Shown: one piece after another, positions 57,979 through 64,000 of the stretch
Numbering within the stretch: position 1 is the stretch's first letter
Layout: the number at the start of each line of letters is the position of its first letter
Source: Candidatus Binatia bacterium
GTDB lineage: Bacteria; Desulfobacterota; Binatia; Bin18
Direction: 5' to 3'
Assembly: GCA_963664395.2 (NCBI GenBank)
Contig: OY761159.2
Span: forward strand, 3,776,001 to 3,840,000
DNA: 64,000 nt
The notes under the pieces: generated by a model
The model's input: the letters and a program-made list of their open reading frames with translations, nothing else
Told to the model about the DNA's origin: nothing
Database searches by the model: none
Made by a program: the position numbers and the translations under genes

Positions 57979-59642
57979 GTGAAGGCTGCCTGCGTATTGT
58001 GCCATTAGGCGGCTTGGGCGAGATTGGACTTAATCTGATGTTGATTGAGTACTGTCCGGCCGGCTCTGCAGAAACCGTGGCTATCGCCATAGACTGCGGG
58101 CTCATGTTTCCGGAACAGGAAATGTTGGGGATAGACATCGTCATTCCTGACTTGAGCTATCTCCGAGAGCAGCACCATCTGCAAGCTGTGGTGCTGACGC
58201 ATGGGCATGAAGACCATATCGGCGCGCTGCCGTATGTCCTGAAAGAATTTAACGTCCCGGTGTATGGGACGCCGTTTACCCTTGGCCTGGTGCGTGACAA
58301 ACTGCGCGAACATCGCCTCTTGGACAGTGTTGAACTACATGAATTCCGGCCTCGGGAGTCCTGGGATATCGGTCCTTTTGGTCTTGAAGGAATTCATGTC
58401 ACGCACAGTATTGTGGATGCTTCCGCCTTAGCCATTACCACTCCTCTTGGGACGATAATTCATACCGGAGATTTTCGGTTCGATCAGACGCCCATAGACG
58501 GCCGCCCGTCCGATTTGAACCGTTTTGCCGAATGGGGAGAACGGGGCGTGCTGCTGCTGCTGTCCGACTCGACCAATGTCGAACGAGCCGGCTCGACCCG
58601 GTCCGAACGGACGGTCACCCGACCGCTTGAGGATATTATTGCCCACGCTCAGGGCAAAGTCCTGGTGGCAACCTTTGCCTCACATATTCACCGTATTCGC
58701 CAAGTTATTGATTTATCAGTCAAACAGGGCCGTCACGTCGGCTTCGTAGGCAGACGACTGGTGGGCAATATCGGCATTGCCGAGGAGACCGGGCACTTAC
58801 CTCTGCCACAAGAGGCTCTGATTGATATTGCGACCGTACGGGGCCGCGCCCCGCACACCGTGACCTTGCTCACAACCGGATCGCAAGGCGAGCCCCTTTC
58901 GGCCCTGTCGCGGATTGCTGCCGGAGGCCATAAGCAGGTGCAGCTTGAGGTCGGAGACACGGTTATCTTGTCGTCACGGGTCATTCCCGGCAACGAGCGC
59001 ACAATTGCGCGGCTGATTGATCATCTCTCCCGACGGGGAGCTGAGGTGTATTATGAGGCCATTGCCTGTGTGCATGTGTCCGGCCATGCGGCTCAGGATG
59101 AATTGCGCTTGATGCTCAATCTGGTCCGCCCGCAGTATTTTGTTCCCATACACGGTGAATATCGTTTCCTGGCGCGCCATTGTGCGCTGGCCCGAGAAGT
59201 CGGAGTCGATCCCAACGGCGTCTTTCTTCTCGAAGATGGACACGTGTTGGAAATCAATGCGCAGGAAGCCCGACAGACTGATTCCGTCACCGCGGGGCGC
59301 GTCTTTGTTGACGGGCTGGCCGGAATCGAAGAAGAAGTCCTGCGTGATCGCCGGCATGTGGCTGAGGATGGCCTGGTTGTCGCCATCATCGGGCTGGAGC
59401 AACAGACCGGAGAACTCTTGAGTGGACCCGATTTGCTCTCGCGCGGCTTTCTGCCGTCAACAAACGGAGATGGATATGCAGCCGCAAAAGAGGCCGTGCG
59501 CACCACGCTTGATGCGCTACCGGCCGAGTCCCGGACTGATGTCGGTGTCGTGAAGGAGCAGGTTCGGCTGGCCTTGCGGCGCCATTTTCGCAAGACACTT
59601 GGGCGCCGGCCCGTAGTCTTGCCGTTTGTCATGGAGATGTAG
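57975..59642 (+). CDS. rnj: Ribonuclease J
   Basis: PLGGLGEIG, THGHEDHIG, SDSTN, GSQGEP, HVSGH. Confidence 0.95.
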   Translation: MSEGCLRIVPLGGLGEIGLNLMLIEYCPAGSAETVAIAIDCGLMFPEQEMLGIDIVIPDLSYLREQHHLQAVVLTHGHEDHIGALPYVLKEFNVPVYGTPFTLGLVRDKLREHRLLDSVELHEFRPRESWDIGPFGLEGIHVTHSIVDASALAITTPLGTIIHTGDFRFDQTPIDGRPSDLNRFAEWGERGVLLLLSDSTNVERAGSTRSERTVTRPLEDIIAHAQGKVLVATFASHIHRIRQVIDLSVKQGRHVGFVGRRLVGNIGIAEETGHLPLPQEALIDIATVRGRAPHTVTLLTTGSQGEPLSALSRIAAGGHKQVQLEVGDTVILSSRVIPGNERTIARLIDHLSRRGAEVYYEAIACVHVSGHAAQDELRLMLNLVRPQYFVPIHGEYRFLARHCALAREVGVDPNGVFLLEDGHVLEINAQEARQTDSVTAGRVFVDGLAGIEEEVLRDRRHVAEDGLVVAIIGLEQQTGELLSGPDLLSRGFLPSTNGDGYAAAKEAVRTTLDALPAESRTDVGVVKEQVRLALRRHFRKTLGRRPVVLPFVMEM

Positions 59643-59658
59643 AGGTGGGGAGGATGGT

Positions 59659-62154
59659 ATGGGAGGCAGGAAAAAATCGCGTCGGCAAGACGAAGGCGCC
59701 GAGCGGGAACGCGCGACTGTTCAGGAACGCTCCGTTGCTCAGGAGCGCTCCGCTTTTGGTGAGGGGGTTGGCGTTCTGTGTGTGACGCTGACTATTTTTT
59801 TCGGATTGGCCTTTTCTTCGTACCAGCCCGGGGCTGCTGAGGGGAATCAGGTGGGCCAGGTCGGCTATTTTCTCGCCGATCTTTTTTGTCGGACATTCGG
59901 TCTCGCCTCCTATCTGTTCCCGTCCGTCTTGGTGTACGTGATGGCGCTCAGGTTCCGCTGGCTGCGTTGCCCGGCACCGTTCATCCAAGGCATCTGGTGT
60001 GTTGTCTTTACGCTGTCGGTCGCGGCCTTTCTTGCGCTCTGGTTCGATGGTCGGCCTTTCTTCCAGGCCGGAGGCTGGGTTGGTGGCTTCTTGGCCCTCC
60101 ATCTGCGCCAAGCTGGTAATCTTGTCGGCGCCTACTTACTCTTGTTCCCGGTTTTACTGGTCTCTTTTATGGGCATGACGCGGCTCTCGCTGCTCAAGGC
60201 CGGCGTTGCGCTGCTCGCCGGCGGGCGTGCAACCGCACGCCTGGCCTGGCCTGGCTTCCAGACCGGCGCAGGTCAGGTCTCAGCCTGGGTCACTCAGCTC
60301 GTTACCCGCGGCACGACATGGTGGGCGGGGTGGCGTGGTGCGCCATCGGAAAGCCTGTTATCCGCAGGGGATATGTCCAAAGAGGATGCCTTCGAGGCCT
60401 ACATGCTCGAAAAAGAGCCGCCGCGGTCTCGGGCGACGCCAAAGAAAAAAAAGCGCCCAGCCATACAAGCAGTTGAATCCAGATCGCCTGACGATCTGGA
60501 TGAGCCAGCAGAGAGTAAGCCGCCTATTATTATCAGTCGGCCCCTCTCAACAGTGGACAAGGACGAACCTGCCTCTCCGGCGTATTCTCCAAGCCCAACC
60601 GGTGGTGCGGACAATCGACCGTATGAGTTGCCTGCCCTGGCCCTGCTTGATCCACCTGTCCGTTTAGCGGTGAAGGTTGATGAAGAAGCGCTGCACGCCA
60701 GCTCTCAGATATTGGAAAATAAGCTGGGCGATTTTGGCGTTTCCGGCAGCGTGGTCGCAGTGCGGCCTGGCCCGGTCATTACGACCTATGAGTTTGAACC
60801 TGCGCCCGGTGTCAAGGTCAATCGCGTGGTGGCGTTAGCCGATGATCTGCAAATGGCCTTACGCGCCGTGTCCGTCCGCATCCTGGCCCCGATTCCGGGT
60901 AAAGCCGTAGTGGGTATCGAAGTCTCCAATCCCAAGCGCGAGAAAGTGTGTTTGCGAGAAATCCTCGACAGTACGGTCTGCCGGCAGACCGAGTCGCCCC
61001 TGGCCCTGGCGTTAGGCAAGGATACGGTGGGCAATCCTGTTGTGACGGACTTGGCGCGTATGCCCCATCTGCTTGTAGCCGGGGCAACCGGGACCGGAAA
61101 GTCAGTCTCGCTCAATGTGATGATTATGAGTATTCTGGCCCGCGCGACACCGCGCGATGTTCGCTTTATCATGATCGATCCCAAGATGCTGGAACTCTCC
61201 TTATACGAGGGTCTGCCGCACCAACTGTCGCATGTTATTACCAATCCCAAGGAAGCCGGTGTCGCCCTCCAGGAGGTCGTGCGGCGTATGGAGTACCGCT
61301 ATAAGCTGCTCAAAGATAAAGGGGTGCGGAATATTGCGGCCTATAACCGAGCGCTCGAAACCGGCGAAACGGACACCGACGGGATTATTAAGCTGACAGA
61401 GATCGTCCACGACGATGAAGACGACATGACCGCTGTTCGACCCAAACCGAGGTCCAAGCCCCAGCTTGAACTCGACCATCAACGCTTACCCTATCTCATT
61501 GTCCTGGTCGATGAATTAGCGGATCTGATGTTGACGGTCGGTCGGGAAATCGAGGAGCCGATTACCCGGCTGGCCCAGATGGGGCGCGCGGCTGGCATTC
61601 ATCTGATTCTGGCAACCCAGCGACCGTCTGTTGATGTGATCACCGGATTGATTAAAGCGAACTTTCCGGCCCGGGTTTCCTTTCAGGTCTCCTCTCGTAT
61701 CGACTCCCGGACAATCCTGGACGCCATGGGTGCCGAGCGTCTGCTGGGCGACGGCGATATGCTGTTCCTCCCACCGGGCAGCGCCAAACCACAGCGTATT
61801 CATGGCGCCTTTGTCTCAGAACCCGAGATCAGGAAGCTTGCCTTGGCGATTAAGAAGCAGGGCAAGCCGGTGTTCGATGCGGACTTGGTCACTGCGCTCG
61901 AATCCGCGCGGACGCAGAAGGGGGCTGGTCCGCAGGAGGAAGAGGATTACGATGAAATGTATGAGCAGGCACGCGAACTGGTTATTGAGAGTGACCAAGC
62001 CTCTATTTCCTGGCTACAACGTCGCTTGCGCGTCGGCTATAACCGGGCCGCGCGCATGATTGAGCGGATGGAGCGCGAAGGTCTCATCGCGCCTGCTGGT
62101 GAAGCCGGGAAACCGCGGGCGGTCCTGGTGCAAGCGCAGGCCAAGGCTGAGTAG
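59659..62154 (+). CDS. ftsK: DNA translocase FtsK
   Basis: N-terminal TM domain, GATGTGKS, IDPK, DELADL, ATQRP, gamma domain LQRRLRVGYNRAAR. Confidence 0.95.
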   Translation: MGGRKKSRRQDEGAERERATVQERSVAQERSAFGEGVGVLCVTLTIFFGLAFSSYQPGAAEGNQVGQVGYFLADLFCRTFGLASYLFPSVLVYVMALRFRWLRCPAPFIQGIWCVVFTLSVAAFLALWFDGRPFFQAGGWVGGFLALHLRQAGNLVGAYLLLFPVLLVSFMGMTRLSLLKAGVALLAGGRATARLAWPGFQTGAGQVSAWVTQLVTRGTTWWAGWRGAPSESLLSAGDMSKEDAFEAYMLEKEPPRSRATPKKKKRPAIQAVESRSPDDLDEPAESKPPIIISRPLSTVDKDEPASPAYSPSPTGGADNRPYELPALALLDPPVRLAVKVDEEALHASSQILENKLGDFGVSGSVVAVRPGPVITTYEFEPAPGVKVNRVVALADDLQMALRAVSVRILAPIPGKAVVGIEVSNPKREKVCLREILDSTVCRQTESPLALALGKDTVGNPVVTDLARMPHLLVAGATGTGKSVSLNVMIMSILARATPRDVRFIMIDPKMLELSLYEGLPHQLSHVITNPKEAGVALQEVVRRMEYRYKLLKDKGVRNIAAYNRALETGETDTDGIIKLTEIVHDDEDDMTAVRPKPRSKPQLELDHQRLPYLIVLVDELADLMLTVGREIEEPITRLAQMGRAAGIHLILATQRPSVDVITGLIKANFPARVSFQVSSRIDSRTILDAMGAERLLGDGDMLFLPPGSAKPQRIHGAFVSEPEIRKLALAIKKQGKPVFDADLVTALESARTQKGAGPQEEEDYDEMYEQARELVIESDQASISWLQRRLRVGYNRAARMIERMEREGLIAPAGEAGKPRAVLVQAQAKAE

Positions 62155-62226
62155 GCTGGGGGCAGTCGTGTCGTTCTTTCCAGCGGTCAGGGCCGCGTCG
62201 TGTTCTCATCATGTGCGAAGTAGTGT

Positions 62227-62973
62227 ATGCGCTTTTTTGTAACCGGCCTGATGGCCCTCCTGCTTTCCTTGACTGAGGGATATCTCTTTGCCTCTCCTTC
62301 AGTCGAGGAGCCCGAAGAGTCCGAAGAGTCCGAGGAGCCCGAAGAGTCCGCTGGACAATCTTCCGGAGGCCGTGCCCCTGATGATACGACTGTCAGTGAG
62401 ACAGTCGCGGCCCGTCTCCAAGCACGCTACGACGAAACCGATGGTTTCCGGGCCGACTTTGTCCAAGAGGTCACCTCCGCAACACTGGGACAGACACTCA
62501 CGTCTCGTGGGCGGGTGTTCTTCAAGAAACCGGGCCGTATGCGTTGGGAGTTTGTGGAACCGCGGCAGCTCGTGGTCGCCGATGGCAGCGCCCTGTGGCT
62601 GTACCAGCCCTCAGAGCAGCAAGTTGTGAAAACGCCTTTTCAATACGCCTTCAACTCGCAGACGCCGGTGTCGTTTTTAACCGGAGTCGGGCGCTTGGAG
62701 GACGATTTCTTCGTCCTTTCCCGCGGTGAGACAAACGCCGTATATCAGCTCCGTCTCATGCCCAAGCAGGCGGCTGAGGCGATTGGCCGATTGGATATCG
62801 AAGTGAGTAAGGACACGTTTGACATTCTTCAAGCCATGATCACTGACCCGCTGGGGAATATGACGCGTGTGCGCTTCACACACATTGAGCGTGAAATAGA
62901 AATGGACGACGCGCTGTTCAGGTTCAAGTTGCCGCCTGGGGTTGATCTGGTTGAACCCATACCCGGCTCGTAA
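62227..62973 (+). CDS. lolA: Outer-membrane lipoprotein carrier LolA
   Basis: FRADFVQ, KKPGRMRW, ADG..LWLY; follows ftsK. Confidence 0.85.
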   Translation: MRFFVTGLMALLLSLTEGYLFASPSVEEPEESEESEEPEESAGQSSGGRAPDDTTVSETVAARLQARYDETDGFRADFVQEVTSATLGQTLTSRGRVFFKKPGRMRWEFVEPRQLVVADGSALWLYQPSEQQVVKTPFQYAFNSQTPVSFLTGVGRLEDDFFVLSRGETNAVYQLRLMPKQAAEAIGRLDIEVSKDTFDILQAMITDPLGNMTRVRFTHIEREIEMDDALFRFKLPPGVDLVEPIPGS

Positions 62974-63081
62974 ACGCCGCGTGCCGACAGGCGGTTTGCC
63001 CGGTGCGTCTTGCACGCGGGTAGGGATGATGACAAGAACAGCGGAGCGCTGAAATTCGCAAAGACTGAGGGGAGGAGAGCT

Positions 63082-64000
63082 ATGGAATCGCTCCGAGGAA
63101 AAGTCGCCCTTGTGGGTGCGGCGGATACTGAGGTTGGGGTTGTACCTCACTTGAGTGCCACCCAACTCTACGTCAATGCGGCCAAACGCGCGCTGGATGA
63201 CGCGGGCATCACAAAGAATGATGTCGATGGCTTGATTACCTGCAATTCGTTTGTAGAGCCGTATATGTATCACGCGGAGATGATCGCCGAGTATATGCAG
63301 ATCTTCCCGCGCTATTGTCTCAATGTCGCCACCGGCGGCGGGACGACGTTGGCGATTATGCACCATGCGGCCGCAGCCATTGCCAATGGGATGTGCCACA
63401 CGGTGCTCATTACTATGGCGGACAACATGCTGTCCGGTCTGTCCCGGGACCGGGCGATTGAAGCCATGTCGACTGCCGGGCATGCCCAGTTTGAACGACC
63501 CTACGGTCCTCCCATCCCCGCGTTTTACGCCCTGATTGCGCAGGCGCATATGCATGCCTATGGGACCACCAGTGAGCAACTGGCTGCTGTGGCCGTGGCC
63601 TGCCGGCGACACGCTTCGATGAACCCGGCTGCGCAGATGCGTGACCCGATTACGGTTGACGATGTGGCGAACTCAAAGATGATTGCGTCGCCCTTGCATC
63701 TGCTGGACTGCTCGCTGGTGTCCGACGGCGGAGCCGCCATTATTCTCACCTCAGCCGAACGCGCCAAGGATTTTCCACATCCTCCGGTTTATATTCTGGG
63801 GGTAGGCGAGGGGCATTCGCACGAACACATCAGTCAAGCTCGAAACCTCACAACATCAGCGGCAAAAGAGGCCGGCGAACGCGCCTATGCCATGGCCGGG
63901 CTGGGGCCGCAGGATATTGACGTGGCGGAACTGTATGACTGCTTTACGCCGGTCGTGGTCATTGAATTGGAAGACCTCGGCTTTTGTCCCAAGGGAGAAG
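63082..64000 (+). CDS. Thiolase-family (SCPx-type) protein, runs off window
   Basis: HASMNPAA, LDCSLVSDGG, ELYDCFT, EDLGFCPKGE. Confidence 0.85.
   Translation, partial: MESLRGKVALVGAADTEVGVVPHLSATQLYVNAAKRALDDAGITKNDVDGLITCNSFVEPYMYHAEMIAEYMQIFPRYCLNVATGGGTTLAIMHHAAAAIANGMCHTVLITMADNMLSGLSRDRAIEAMSTAGHAQFERPYGPPIPAFYALIAQAHMHAYGTTSEQLAAVAVACRRHASMNPAAQMRDPITVDDVANSKMIASPLHLLDCSLVSDGGAAIILTSAERAKDFPHPPVYILGVGEGHSHEHISQARNLTTSAAKEAGERAYAMAGLGPQDIDVAELYDCFTPVVVIELEDLGFCPKGE

Noticed and set aside
62677-63612. 311-aa minus-strand ORF
   Set aside because: Shadow of lolA and the thiolase gene on the plus strand.

Overview
GC-rich bacterial chromosome segment. The gene complement (many acyl-CoA dehydrogenases, LLM and amidohydrolase enzymes, an ankyrin lipoprotein, a repeat-domain surface protein) suggests, by inference only, a Binatia/Deltaproteobacteria-like and possibly host-associated organism. 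The window contains: catabolic genes and gene fragments (1-13.5 kb); a corrinoid amidation and uptake cluster (cobQ, cobB, cobalamin riboswitch, btuBFCD); a TM0106-type nuclease-SF1 helicase; an operon with a UGSC-family selenoprotein (in-frame UGA plus SECIS-like hairpin) coupled to a PLP decarboxylase; a ~10-kb accessory cluster next to tRNA-Ala(CGC); and a housekeeping block (tatA, plsC, rnj, ftsK, lolA). The most unusual signal is in the accessory cluster. Four diverged copies of one ~190-220 bp module precede unrelated genes. Each copy has a TTGACA-N17-GAG(A/G)GT promoter-like motif, a leader (structured in three copies, with an anti-SD and alternative GGAG partners) and a short homologous N-terminal peptide. 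This is a candidate undescribed mobile regulatory cassette or cis-acting RNA. Several genes carry frameshifts that may be sequencing or assembly errors. All functional calls are from motif recognition, with no database searches run.
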